Virus record (IMG/VR): IMGVR_UViG_3300021378_000004
Reading direction: 5' to 3' (one strand)
DNA from: a virus
DNA: 64,000 nt
Shown: positions 49,201-58,451 of the stretch, piece by piece
How positions within the stretch are numbered: the stretch's first letter is position 1
How the letters are laid out: each line of letters begins with the position of its first letter
Made by a program: the position numbers and the translations under genes
The notes under the pieces: model-generated
Databases searched by the model: none
Told to the model about the DNA's origin: nothing
Seen by the model: the letters and a program-made list of their open reading frames with translations, nothing else

Positions 49201-49704
49201 AACTTATCTACAGCATGGGATGTAAGCACAGCATCATACGCTAATACAAGTTTTGATTTAGGTTCTAGACAAGCACTGTCTTCTGCTGTTATATTTAATC
49301 CTAATGGCACTAAAATGTTTACAGCTGGAAGAAGTGCAGATAATATAAACGAATTCGACACTAGTGCTAAGAGTTACTCTCAGGTTACTAAATTAACTCC
49401 CCCTTCGAATGTATTAAATCAAAATTTTGGAGAAACTGTTGCTATATCTGGAAACACAGTTGCAATAGGAGTTCAATCAGCTGGTGGCGGCGGCGCTAAT
49501 GCAGTATCTTATGTCTATGATACAAGCGATGAAAGCACTTGGACTTTAAGAAAAACATTTGCTGGATCAGATATTGCAGCTAGTTATAAATATGGTTTTT
49601 CAATTGCCATAGATGAAACCAATAAGTCAATAATAGTAGGTTCGCCGGGCGTAGCTAATCAGACTCCATCACCTGGTCGTGCATATGTATTTACAGCATC
49701 ATAA
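46276..49704 (+). CDS. Terminal fibre/adhesin: Ig/cadherin-like domain, FG-GAP propeller with two inserted NHL-like propellers
   Basis: NFVVRKGLEV N-terminus; NAAP..ATDPEG..LSWS Ig-like module; propeller repeats run to the C-terminus. Confidence 0.8.
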   Translation: MSNLKNFVVRKGLEVAESIKLNNKTVTTLLDSANTLSLVTANSTTASAVQSLIDSSYVSARSPSPTTVVATMAALGAVTGMVAGDQALVTGVNKIFMYNGTGWYLVATITNAAPSAITGVDSAYTLAQNGTATVINAIATDPEGLPLSWSSSTSGLGDIATITQGTGDSSNYFTVTPATSGSSSGGTFTLTIAATDNVNGAVNFPASFTLTFIADWTTTAQQSMLTATDAGSNDFNGISVDIKGDRAITGARGEKAAYVWKRSATALLSSIALTTYSNVQSDALYSDLGSHVYPELTGFIFNADGTKIITINKYYDKLDQWSCSTAYDITSSSLSHDSVSFSVASQASHAECLRTNNDGTKLFVVCSVTDKIYEYDLSTAYDISTASYNNVNFAVTQDNNPRGIFFKPDGQTMYLAAGSTHDKIWQFSLSTAWDLSTISYANKVSPTVYAQTGSWPQDVVFLNDGATMVIIGQSNDALYQYNLTTAWDVSTASYANASFSVSSQDGTPNGLTLHPADSTKLFLIGHNNGKITQYNLDASVWAQEAKIDGSSGGNNAGISVAMSTDNNYVILGSPSYGGSSKGAGIVYVRSGTSWTYQAALVPSDVAANDEAGLSVSISSDGTYATVGAQAEDSYKGAAYVFIRSGTSWSQQQKITEPTREASASFGAAAKLNDAGDVLLCSSPLSDEAVGNAGAAFIFTRSGTTWSYSTYAAASDAGGSDYAGGTGSGANQQNASDINEDGDLIVVGAYGHNTGGVGNSGAAYIFKKGSTHYDIAGATFTAAEYVHANFTNCTAITFNGDGTKIFAAGGGYDRIASYTLTTAYDISTASYDSNPLVTSSYEGNPNGLQFNADGTKLFFCGSAANRIFVYNLTTGYDLSTASIGNSGNGVSFASQDNNTRDMKFKPDGTVLYVVGQQYDKVYQYSLSTAFDITTISYASKSFSVTSQESTPEGIDFTPDGTKMFIIGEQYNDVFQYNLSTAWDVSTASYANTSFDLGSRQALSSAVIFNPNGTKMFTAGRSADNINEFDTSAKSYSQVTKLTPPSNVLNQNFGETVAISGNTVAIGVQSAGGGGANAVSYVYDTSDESTWTLRKTFAGSDIAASYKYGFSIAIDETNKSIIVGSPGVANQTPSPGRAYVFTAS

Positions 49705-49720
49705 TAAAAAGGATAGATAA

Positions 49721-50476
49721 ATGGCGGCTCCTAATTCACGCGCAACTCTTATAGATTATTGTAAAAGGCGTCTAGGTGAACCAGTAATCGAAGTAAACGT
49801 TGATGAAGATCAACTAGAAGATCGAGTTGACGAATCGCTACAGTATTATCGTGAGTTTCATTCTGATGCAACTGTAAGAACTTACCTTAAACACTTAGTT
49901 ACTGAAACTGATGTCACCAATGAATATATCACATTAGCTAGTAATATTATTTTTGTTTCTAAGATGTTTCCTTTATCGAGTTCATTTGCTGGATCTAGAA
50001 ATTTTTTCGATATTAAATACCAAATGATGTTAAACGATATACACGATTTAATGAATTTTGCTGGTGATCTAGCGTATTATGAGCAAATGCAGCAGTATCT
50101 TTCTATGCTAGATATGAAATTAAATGGCACACCGCAAGTACAATTTTCACGTAGACAAAATAGACTATATATCTTTGGTGATTTTGCTGATGGCGATATT
50201 AAAGCAGGTGATTATATTGTAGCTGAAGTTTACACTGAAGTAAGTGACGTTGATCATACTTCTATATTTAATGATATGTTCGTAAAGGAATATACAACTG
50301 CACTAATAAAACAGCAATGGGGGCAAAACTTAATTAAATTTGAAGGGATGCAATTACCTGGAGGAGTTATTTTAAATGGAAGACAAATTTATGATGATGC
50401 TACTGCAGAAATAGCAACTCTTAGAGAAAACATAAGATTAGAACACGAATTTCCACCTGATTTCTTTGTAGGATAA
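49721..50476 (+). CDS. gp13: Neck protein gp13
   Basis: LIDYCKRRLGEPVIEVNVDEDQ..KQQWGQNLIKFEGMQLPGGVILNG. Confidence 0.95.
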   Translation: MAAPNSRATLIDYCKRRLGEPVIEVNVDEDQLEDRVDESLQYYREFHSDATVRTYLKHLVTETDVTNEYITLASNIIFVSKMFPLSSSFAGSRNFFDIKYQMMLNDIHDLMNFAGDLAYYEQMQQYLSMLDMKLNGTPQVQFSRRQNRLYIFGDFADGDIKAGDYIVAEVYTEVSDVDHTSIFNDMFVKEYTTALIKQQWGQNLIKFEGMQLPGGVILNGRQIYDDATAEIATLRENIRLEHEFPPDFFVG

Positions 50477-50477
50477 T

Positions 50478-51359
50478 ATGGCAACCAATTTATACTTTAA
50501 TCAAAAAGTAAGATCAGAGCAGAACCTCTATGAAGATATAGTTATTGAGGCATTAAAAGCTTACGGGCAAGACGTATTTTATTTACCTCGTGATATAGTA
50601 AATGAAGATGAGATATTTGGTGATGATCCAGTATCGAGTTTTAATTCTTCTCATATACTTGAAATGTATATTGAGAACACAGAAGGATTTGAAGGCGAAG
50701 GAGATCTTTTTACAAGATTTGGCGTTGAAATACGTGATGAAGCTACATTCGTAGTGTCAAGAAGAAGATGGGCTGCTACTGTACAAAGGTACGATAACGA
50801 AATTAAAACACAAAGACCTGCTGAAGGAGATTTAATATATCTCCCTTTAAGTAAATCTTTTTTTCAAATATCACATGTAGAACATGAACAGCCATTTTAT
50901 CAATTAAGTAACTTACCAGTATATAAAATGAGATGTCAGTTATTTGAATATACTGGTGAAGATATGGATACGGGCGTAGATGCTTTAGATAGTCTTGAAA
51001 TTAAATACGCATATAAGTATATCTTATCACTAACTGATAAAACAGGTGATCCTTTTAAAGTTGGCGAAACAATTACTTCAACAAGCGGTGGTACTACGAT
51101 AAGAGGCGAAGTTGCTCAGTATTCAGATTCAGATAGTAAACTTCATATTATTCATGCAGGCGCTGATGACGGCAAATATCATACCTTTGCTACAGCTGCG
51201 ACTGTAGCTGGTTTAACAACAGGTGCAGGTGGTGTAATATCGTTAGTAGTAGAAGATAATCAATTATCAGAGAACGAGCAAAATGCAGATTTTTCAACAG
51301 GTGCAGACTTCATTGACTTCAGTGAATCCAATCCATTCGGCGATGTGAGTAATAACTAA
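50478..51359 (+). CDS. gp14: Neck protein gp14
   Basis: EQNLYEDIVIEALKAYGQDVFYLPR..RPAEGDLIY..FYQL..DFSESNPFG. Confidence 0.95.
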   Translation: MATNLYFNQKVRSEQNLYEDIVIEALKAYGQDVFYLPRDIVNEDEIFGDDPVSSFNSSHILEMYIENTEGFEGEGDLFTRFGVEIRDEATFVVSRRRWAATVQRYDNEIKTQRPAEGDLIYLPLSKSFFQISHVEHEQPFYQLSNLPVYKMRCQLFEYTGEDMDTGVDALDSLEIKYAYKYILSLTDKTGDPFKVGETITSTSGGTTIRGEVAQYSDSDSKLHIIHAGADDGKYHTFATAATVAGLTTGAGGVISLVVEDNQLSENEQNADFSTGADFIDFSESNPFGDVSNN

Positions 51360-52150
51360 TGTTTGGCGGACACTTCTATCATGCAAAAACTAAAAAGGCT
51401 GTGGCGCTGTTCGGCAGACTTTTTAATAATATATACGTTATCAGGCAAAATTCATCTGGTGCTGTAATTAGTCAACTTAGAGTTCCGTTATCTTATGCAC
51501 CAAAACAAAAGTATCTTGAAAGAATAAGAGAAAATCCTAATTTGACAGAAGACACTCAAGTTGCTATAAAGTTACCAAGACTGTCTTTTGAGATTACATC
51601 TATTTCATATGATGCGCAAAGACAATTAGCTAAAGTTGGAAATTTTACTACAAATTCATCTACTGGCGAAAATACTAAAAGACAACGTTTTTTTAATCCA
51701 GTTCCTTATTCAATAAATTTTCAATTAAATGCATATGCTAAATCACAAGATGATGCATTGCAGATTGTAGAACAAATACTTCCTACATTTAATCCACAAT
51801 ACGCAATGACAATAAAACCGTTCTCAACAGAATATCCTGATTTTAAAGAAGACATACAAGTTATTATTCAAGGTGTTTCTTTTTCAGATGATTTTGAAGG
51901 AGCAATGGAACAAAGAAGAACAATAATTTATACGTTGGATTTCGAAATGAAATTAAGTTTTCATGGTCCAATAACAGATACTAGTATTATAAGAGATGCT
52001 AGAGCAAAGGTATTTGATATCGGAGCTGGTTTAAATGATTCAGATATAGGATTAGAAACTATAGTAGTAACACCTAATCCTTCAAATATTATTGGCCTCG
52101 AAGATAGTGACTTTGGATTTTCAACAACAATTTTAGATAGTGCGAGTTAA
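51359..52150 (+). CDS. gp15: Tail terminator / sheath stabiliser gp15
   Basis: FYH..FGRLFNNI..VPLSYAPKQK..LPRLSFE..PVPY..QIVEQILPTFNP. Confidence 0.95.
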   Translation: MFGGHFYHAKTKKAVALFGRLFNNIYVIRQNSSGAVISQLRVPLSYAPKQKYLERIRENPNLTEDTQVAIKLPRLSFEITSISYDAQRQLAKVGNFTTNSSTGENTKRQRFFNPVPYSINFQLNAYAKSQDDALQIVEQILPTFNPQYAMTIKPFSTEYPDFKEDIQVIIQGVSFSDDFEGAMEQRRTIIYTLDFEMKLSFHGPITDTSIIRDARAKVFDIGAGLNDSDIGLETIVVTPNPSNIIGLEDSDFGFSTTILDSAS

Positions 52151-52152
52151 AT

Positions 52153-52569
52153 ATGTATGAATACAGATGTAAAGTAGTAAAGATAATCGATGGCGATACT
52201 GTCGATGTTGATATCGATTTAGGTTTTGGCGTATGGTTAAAAAAAGAACGAATAAGATTATATGCTATAGATACTCCAGAATCAAGAACAAGAGATCTTG
52301 AAGAAAAAAAATATGGATTAGCTGCTAAGAAATTTTTAACAGGAATGTTAGATGACGAAGGCGGCATAACACTTAAGACACAAAAAGATGCTGAAGGTAA
52401 ATTTGGCAGAATCTTAGGTGAATTGTGGAGAACAACAAATTATGCAGATCAATCTATTAATGATTATATGGTAGAAAAACACCATGCAGTAAGATACTAT
52501 GGTCAATCTAAAGATGACATTGAACATGAACACATTAAAAACCGTGAGTTAGTTACATTAAATGAGTGA
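52153..52569 (+). CDS. Thermonuclease (SNase-like) family protein
   Basis: VVKIIDGDTVDVDIDLGF..RIRLYAIDTPESRT..GKFGRILG. Confidence 0.85.
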   Translation: MYEYRCKVVKIIDGDTVDVDIDLGFGVWLKKERIRLYAIDTPESRTRDLEEKKYGLAAKKFLTGMLDDEGGITLKTQKDAEGKFGRILGELWRTTNYADQSINDYMVEKHHAVRYYGQSKDDIEHEHIKNRELVTLNE

Positions 52570-52939
52570 TAAAAAAGATATGGAAAAATTCTTTCCTCCA
52601 GAAGAAAAGAATATCGATAATGATTACAAATATTCAAGAGACACATATTATGAGCTCGTGGAAAAAGGTAAACAGAGTTTAGAGTTAATGATTGAGGTTG
52701 CACGAGAAAGTGAACATCCTCGAGCATTTGAAGTATTATCTGGAATGATTAAAAATATTTCAGATGTAAACGATAGACTTATGGATCTTAATAAGAAAAA
52801 GAAAGAAATAGATAAAAAAGATGATATTAAAAAGGTTGCAAATACAACTAATAATCTTTTTGTTGGTTCCACCACTGAGCTTCAAAAGCTACTAAAGAAT
52901 GAATCGGAAATAGTGAATGTCACTCCAAAACCGGAATGA
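52562..52939 (+). CDS. gp16: Terminase small subunit gp16
   Basis: DYKYSR..ESEHPRAFEV..NNLFVGSTTELQKLL. Confidence 0.92.
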   Translation: MSDKKDMEKFFPPEEKNIDNDYKYSRDTYYELVEKGKQSLELMIEVARESEHPRAFEVLSGMIKNISDVNDRLMDLNKKKKEIDKKDDIKKVANTTNNLFVGSTTELQKLLKNESEIVNVTPKPE

Positions 52940-54521
52940 AAACTATCTAGGCAATCCTAATATAAAAAAAGACGGTATTACTTCTAATTTTACACAAGAA
53001 GAAGTACTTGAATATGCGAAGTGTATGAAAGATCCAGTGTATTTTGTAGAAAAATATGCAAAGATTATTTCATTAGATAAAGGTTTAGTTCCGTTTGAAT
53101 TATATCCTTATCAAAAGAAAATGTTTCAACAATTTGAAAGCGAAAGATTTAATATTGTATTAGCATGCCGACAATCTGGAAAATCTATATCAGCGTGCGG
53201 TTATTTATTATGGTTTGCATTATTTCAATCAGAAAAATCAATAGCGGTTTTAGCTAACAAAGGCGCAACTGCAAGAGAAATGTTAGCAAGAATAACAATT
53301 ATGCTTGAAAACATTCCATTCTTTTTACAACCAGGATGTAAGGCTCTTAATAAATCAAATATAGACTTTAGTAATAATAGTAGAATTATTGCTGCAGCTA
53401 CTACAGGATCTTCTATTCGTGGTCTTTCTATAAACTTATTATACTTAGATGAGTTTGCCTTTGTTGAACGTGCTGCAGAGTTTTATACATCAACGTATCC
53501 AGTTGTATCTTCTGGTGGTGATACAAAAATTATAGTAACATCTACAGCCAATGGTATTGGTAATACCTTTCATAAGATATGGGAAGGATCAATACAAGGC
53601 GTTAATGAATATAAAAACTTTAGAGTAGATTGGCACGATGTTCCAGGACGTGATGATAAGTGGAAAGAAGAAACTATAAACAACACATCACAAATACAAT
53701 TTGATCAAGAGTTTGGGAATACATTTTTTGGAACTGGTAACACATTAGTGAATGCTCAAACATTATTAAATTTAAGAGCTAAGCCGGCACAAAGGTATTT
53801 AGAAGGTGGAGACTGTTTAGTTTATAAAGAACCTATTAAAGGTCATGAGTATCTTTTAGTTGCTGATGTATCAAAGGGAAGAGGACAGGACTATTCTTCT
53901 TTTAGTTTGATCGATATTAACGTTCGCCCCTTTGAGCAAGTGGTTGTGTATCGCAATAATACTATCTCGCCATTACTCTTCCCTAATATTATATATAAGT
54001 ATGCGAATGTCTACAACCAAGCTTATTGCATTATTGAATCAAATGATCAAGGATCTGTTGTTTGTAATGGTTTATATTATGATTTAGAATATGAAAATGT
54101 TCATGTTGAATCTGCAGTTAAAGCCAATGCTGTTGGCGTAGATATAAATAGAAAGTCTAAAAGGCTTGGATGTAGTGCTTTAAAAGACTTACTGGAAAAT
54201 AATAAGTTAACAGTTGTAGATGAACAAACAATATTAGAAATATCAACGTTTGAAGCAAAAGGACAAACCTACCAAGCTGCAGTTGGTAATCATGACGATT
54301 TAGTTATGAATTTAGTAATGTTTGGTTATTTTGTATCTTCATCTTACTTTTCTAATTTAACTGATATTAATATTAAAGATATGATATTTAAACAAAAATT
54401 AAAAGAAATTGAAGACGATATAGTACCTTTTGGATTTATTAATGATGGTAATGAACAGGTTAAAAGAATTGAACCAGACGAAGAACATCCATGGGCTATT
54501 GAATACGATAGAAACCTGTAA
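52917..54521 (+). CDS. gp17: Terminase large subunit gp17
   Basis: Walker A RQSGKS, Walker B LLYLDEFAF, TSTANG, nuclease ADVSKGRGQDYS and HDDLVM. Confidence 0.97.
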   Translation: MSLQNRNENYLGNPNIKKDGITSNFTQEEVLEYAKCMKDPVYFVEKYAKIISLDKGLVPFELYPYQKKMFQQFESERFNIVLACRQSGKSISACGYLLWFALFQSEKSIAVLANKGATAREMLARITIMLENIPFFLQPGCKALNKSNIDFSNNSRIIAAATTGSSIRGLSINLLYLDEFAFVERAAEFYTSTYPVVSSGGDTKIIVTSTANGIGNTFHKIWEGSIQGVNEYKNFRVDWHDVPGRDDKWKEETINNTSQIQFDQEFGNTFFGTGNTLVNAQTLLNLRAKPAQRYLEGGDCLVYKEPIKGHEYLLVADVSKGRGQDYSSFSLIDINVRPFEQVVVYRNNTISPLLFPNIIYKYANVYNQAYCIIESNDQGSVVCNGLYYDLEYENVHVESAVKANAVGVDINRKSKRLGCSALKDLLENNKLTVVDEQTILEISTFEAKGQTYQAAVGNHDDLVMNLVMFGYFVSSSYFSNLTDINIKDMIFKQKLKEIEDDIVPFGFINDGNEQVKRIEPDEEHPWAIEYDRNL

Positions 54522-54524
54522 TAT

Positions 54525-54532
54525 TATAAATA
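54525..54532 (+). promoter_or_regulatory. T4-type late promoter
   Basis: Exact TATAAATA upstream of gp18. Confidence 0.82.
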
Positions 54533-54590
54533 ATGGTAATAACTATTGAATATTCGTATAATGGTAATCGCATAAAAAAAGGAAAATAAG

Positions 54591-56360
54591 ATGGCACTAT
54601 CTACACCCTCCGAATCACCTGCGGTTGTTGTCAAAGAAATAGATCTGACTGGTGGCGTGCCTAATGTCCAGTCAACTACAGGCGCAATCGTAATAAATTC
54701 TAGGTGGGGACCTGTTGAAGAAAGAGTTAAAATTAGTTCAGAAGCAGAACTTGTTGATGTCTTTGGTTCACCAGATTCAGCCACCACTATCTCATTTCAT
54801 CAAGCTAATTTCTTTTTGAAATACTCTAATGCTCTTCAAACCGTAAGAGTTATAGACGGAGCTACAAAAAACGCAGTATCAACTACTGGCCAAACAGCTG
54901 CATCTACAGCTGCTGGATTGCCTACAGAAACTGTGAAAAACGAAACAGATTTTAACTCTCAAAAATCTGCACTGGATTCAGATTTGCATACGTTTGTAGC
55001 AAAATATCCAGGAGTACTTGGAAACAGTTTACAAGTTTCTTTATGTCCACATTCTGTAAGCGATTCAGCTTTTAACAATTGGTCATATAAAAATGAGTTT
55101 GATGCTGCTCCAGGAACATCAGACTTTGCTACTAAAAATAATGCAACTAATGATGAAGTTCATGTTGCAATTATTGACAAAACTGGTAAATTTACAGGCA
55201 CACAAGGAACATTGCTTGAGAGATATGCATTTAAGTCTTTAGGATCTAATGCTAAAAACACTAATGGAACCACTAACTACGTAAAAGATATTATCAATGA
55301 GAACTCAAAATATGTTTGGTTAGTTGATTTCGACTCAGACTTAAGATTATCAGGCGCTGGCACATCAATTGATAGCGGTGACAATTTCACTAAGACTACT
55401 GGCACTATAGGCGCTGACATTGATTATAATTTTAGTAAAGGCGCTGATCCTTCTTCTATAACTACTGCAAACACTTTAGTGGGTTATGATCTGTTTGAAG
55501 ATAAAGATCAAGTTGAAATTGATTTTTTAATTCCTTCTAGGCAAGGAAGTAGATCAGCTTCAACTACAGTTGTAAATGATTTAGTTGCAACTGCACAAAA
55601 TCTTAGAAAAGATTGCATAGTTGTAGCATCTCCGGCTGATGCCGATATTATCAACGTAACATCAGCTTCAGATATTGTTGCAAATGTTGTTGGAACAGCT
55701 GATACATATACTAAATCTTCTTATTTAGTTATGGACGGAAACTATTTAAAAGTTTACGATAAATACAATGATCAATATATACAAATACCTGCTAATTCTT
55801 CAACAGCTGGAATTATGGCTGCCACTGATCTAAATAGAGCTCCGTGGTTTTCACCAGCAGGTTCACGAAGAGGTCAATATCTTGGAATTACTTCAATTGC
55901 ATTTTCACCTACTAAACCACAAAGAGATACTTTGTATAAAGCTGGCGTAAACCCAATTGCAAATATACCAGGAGCAGGCGTCATACTATTTGGTGATAAA
56001 ACAAAACTTGCAAGACCTTCTGCATTTGATAGAATCAATGTTAGAAGATTGTTCTTAGTATTAGAAAGAGCAATTGGAAGAGCTGCAGAGCAAGTACTCT
56101 TTGAATTCAACGACGAATTTACAAGAGCTGAGTTTGTTAATATCGTCGAACCAGTATTACGTGAAGTAAAAGGTAGACGTGGTATTACGGATTTCAAAGT
56201 AGTTGCAGATGCTACAAATAATACACCTGCAGTTATCGATAGAAATGAGTTTATCGCAAGTATCTTCATCAAACCGGCTAGGTCCATTAACTATGTCACA
56301 CTTAACTTTGTGGCTGTAAGAACCGGCGTCGACTTTGAAGAAGTCGTTGGTACAGTTTAG
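54591..56360 (+). CDS. gp18: Tail sheath protein gp18
   Basis: SPAVVVKEIDLT..WGP; PWFSPAG; FDRINVRRLF; FIKPARSINYVTLNFVA. Confidence 0.97.
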   Translation: MALSTPSESPAVVVKEIDLTGGVPNVQSTTGAIVINSRWGPVEERVKISSEAELVDVFGSPDSATTISFHQANFFLKYSNALQTVRVIDGATKNAVSTTGQTAASTAAGLPTETVKNETDFNSQKSALDSDLHTFVAKYPGVLGNSLQVSLCPHSVSDSAFNNWSYKNEFDAAPGTSDFATKNNATNDEVHVAIIDKTGKFTGTQGTLLERYAFKSLGSNAKNTNGTTNYVKDIINENSKYVWLVDFDSDLRLSGAGTSIDSGDNFTKTTGTIGADIDYNFSKGADPSSITTANTLVGYDLFEDKDQVEIDFLIPSRQGSRSASTTVVNDLVATAQNLRKDCIVVASPADADIINVTSASDIVANVVGTADTYTKSSYLVMDGNYLKVYDKYNDQYIQIPANSSTAGIMAATDLNRAPWFSPAGSRRGQYLGITSIAFSPTKPQRDTLYKAGVNPIANIPGAGVILFGDKTKLARPSAFDRINVRRLFLVLERAIGRAAEQVLFEFNDEFTRAEFVNIVEPVLREVKGRRGITDFKVVADATNNTPAVIDRNEFIASIFIKPARSINYVTLNFVAVRTGVDFEEVVGTV

Positions 56361-56370
56361 GAGGTAGAAA

Positions 56371-56898
56371 ATGGCAGTATTAGGCGTAGATGATTTTAAA
56401 TCAAAGCTTAGAGGTGGTGGGGCACGTCCTAACCTCTTCAAGGCTACAATAAACTTTCCAGGATATGCAAACGGAGATGCTGAACTGACTTCTTTCTTAT
56501 GTGAAACAGCTCAGTTACCAGGATCAACACTTGGCCAAATAGTTGTACCATTTCGTGGTAGACAATTAAAAATGGCTGGTGATAGAACATTTGATGTTTG
56601 GACAGTTACAATAATAAACGACACAGACTTTGCTATTAAAAATGCAATGGAAAGATGGATGAACGGTATGAATGCGCACTCTGCAAATACTGGTCTTACA
56701 ACTCCTGTTGCATACGAAGCAGATCTTTTTGTCGAACAACTTGATAGATCAGGTGATACTTTGAAAAAGTATACATTTAGAGGTTCGTATCCTCAAGATA
56801 TGTCACCGATTGATTTAAGTTATGCAAGTAATGATGAAATCGAAAGATTCACTGTAACTTTTGCATACCAGTATTACGACACTGACACTACAAGTTAA
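56371..56898 (+). CDS. gp19: Tail tube protein gp19
   Basis: GGARPNLF..FRGRQLKMAGDRTFDVWTVTIIND. Confidence 0.97.
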   Translation: MAVLGVDDFKSKLRGGGARPNLFKATINFPGYANGDAELTSFLCETAQLPGSTLGQIVVPFRGRQLKMAGDRTFDVWTVTIINDTDFAIKNAMERWMNGMNAHSANTGLTTPVAYEADLFVEQLDRSGDTLKKYTFRGSYPQDMSPIDLSYASNDEIERFTVTFAYQYYDTDTTS

Positions 56899-56900
56899 GA

Positions 56901-56908
56901 TATAAATA
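56901..56908 (+). promoter_or_regulatory. T4-type late promoter
   Basis: Exact TATAAATA upstream of the portal gene. Confidence 0.8.
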
Positions 56909-56910
56909 GT

Positions 56911-56932
56911 AGGAGAGCAGTGTTGCTCTCCT
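56911..56932 (+). promoter_or_regulatory. RNA hairpin between gp19 and gp20
   Basis: AGGAGAGCA-gtgt-TGCTCTCCT, a perfect 9-bp stem with no U-tract. Confidence 0.6.
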
Positions 56933-56951
56933 CACTATAAAGGAATTCTAA

Positions 56952-58451
56952 ATGGCAGAAAATACAATTAAATTATTCGGTTTTGAGATAACAAGAGCTA
57001 AAGATAAAAAGACTCTTGCTTCACCTGTTCCGCCAAGAGACGATGACGGCTCTGGATACGTTACAGCAACATCTGCTGGAGCGCATTACGGTCATTACAT
57101 TAATATGGATGGAGATGATTCAAAAGATAATGCACAACTTATATTGAAATATAGAGGTAGTGCTATGCATCCAGAAACTGATGCAGCAATTGAAGACATT
57201 ATAAGCGAATCTATTACAGTAAACGGAGTAAATCCAGCTGTTTCAATTAATTTAGATAATGTACCAGTAAGCACATCTATCAAAAAGCAAATCACTGAAG
57301 AATTTGAAAACATATATAACATGTTAAATTTTAAAGAGCTTGGTCATGATATCTTTAGAAGGTGGTATATTGACGGAAGACTATATCATCACTTAGTAGT
57401 TGATGAATCTAATTTGGCTGCCGGCATTCAAGAAATAAGATACATGGATGCTGCGAAAATGAGAAAAGTAAAACAAGTTAAAAGTAAAAAAGATCCACTT
57501 ACTGGCGCAAAACTTATAGAAAAAGTAGATGAGTTTTATATTTTCCAAGAAAAACCTGGTTCTCAGAATGCAGGCGTAAAAATGACACTTGATTCAGTAA
57601 GTTATATTACTTCTGGATTGTTAGATGAAACACGTAAAAAAGTAGTTTCATTTTTACATAAAGCTCTTAAGCCTATAACACAATTAAGAATGATGGAAGA
57701 CTCATTAGTAATCTACAGATTAGCTCGAGCACCTGAAAGAAGAATGTTTTATATTGATGTAGGTAATTTACCTCGTGGTAAAGCCGAACAATATATGAAA
57801 GATATAATGTCTAAGTATCGTAATAAATTAGTATACGATGCAAAAACTGGTGAAATACGAGATGATCGTAAACACATGTCAATGCTTGAAGATTTTTGGT
57901 TACCTAGGAGAGAAGGTGGCAGAGGTACTGAAATATCAACTTTGCCTGGTGGAGAAAACTTAGGACAAATTGAAGATATTATATATTTTCAAAAAAGATT
58001 ATATAGATCACTTAATGTGCCAATGAATAGATTAGAGCAAGAACAACAGTTTTCATTAGGCAGAGCTACTGAAATAAGTAGAGACGAACTTAAGTTTCAA
58101 AAATTTATAGACAGATTAAGAAATAGATTTGCAAATATGTTCTATGATATTTTAAAGAAACAATTGATAATAAAAAATATTATTACCGAAGATGACTGGA
58201 ACACTTGGAAAAATAAGTTAACTGTTGATTACTCTAGAGACAATCACTTTACTGAATTAAAAGAAGCAGAGTTATTAAGAGAAAAAATACAAAGTTTAGA
58301 TCAAGTATCTCAGTATGTTGGAGAATATTTCTCTAAACAGTGGGTACAAAAGAATATTCTTCTAATGGATGATGACACTATTGAGAATATGGATAAAGAA
58401 ATTGCTGCCGCACAGGCGCAAGAACCAGACAATGACCAAGGAGAAATATAA
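56952..58451 (+). CDS. gp20: Portal protein gp20
   Basis: FRRWYIDGR; LRMMEDSLVIYRLARAPERRMFYIDVGNLP; EDFWLPRREGGRGTEISTLPGG. Confidence 0.98.
   Translation: MAENTIKLFGFEITRAKDKKTLASPVPPRDDDGSGYVTATSAGAHYGHYINMDGDDSKDNAQLILKYRGSAMHPETDAAIEDIISESITVNGVNPAVSINLDNVPVSTSIKKQITEEFENIYNMLNFKELGHDIFRRWYIDGRLYHHLVVDESNLAAGIQEIRYMDAAKMRKVKQVKSKKDPLTGAKLIEKVDEFYIFQEKPGSQNAGVKMTLDSVSYITSGLLDETRKKVVSFLHKALKPITQLRMMEDSLVIYRLARAPERRMFYIDVGNLPRGKAEQYMKDIMSKYRNKLVYDAKTGEIRDDRKHMSMLEDFWLPRREGGRGTEISTLPGGENLGQIEDIIYFQKRLYRSLNVPMNRLEQEQQFSLGRATEISRDELKFQKFIDRLRNRFANMFYDILKKQLIIKNIITEDDWNTWKNKLTVDYSRDNHFTELKEAELLREKIQSLDQVSQYVGEYFSKQWVQKNILLMDDDTIENMDKEIAAAQAQEPDNDQGEI

Noticed and set aside
16193-54150. Intragenic TATAAATA matches (16193, 20467, 29328, 54143)
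   Set aside because: These are expected by chance in AT-rich DNA and were not annotated, although 16193 could plausibly drive the 16261-19656 genes.
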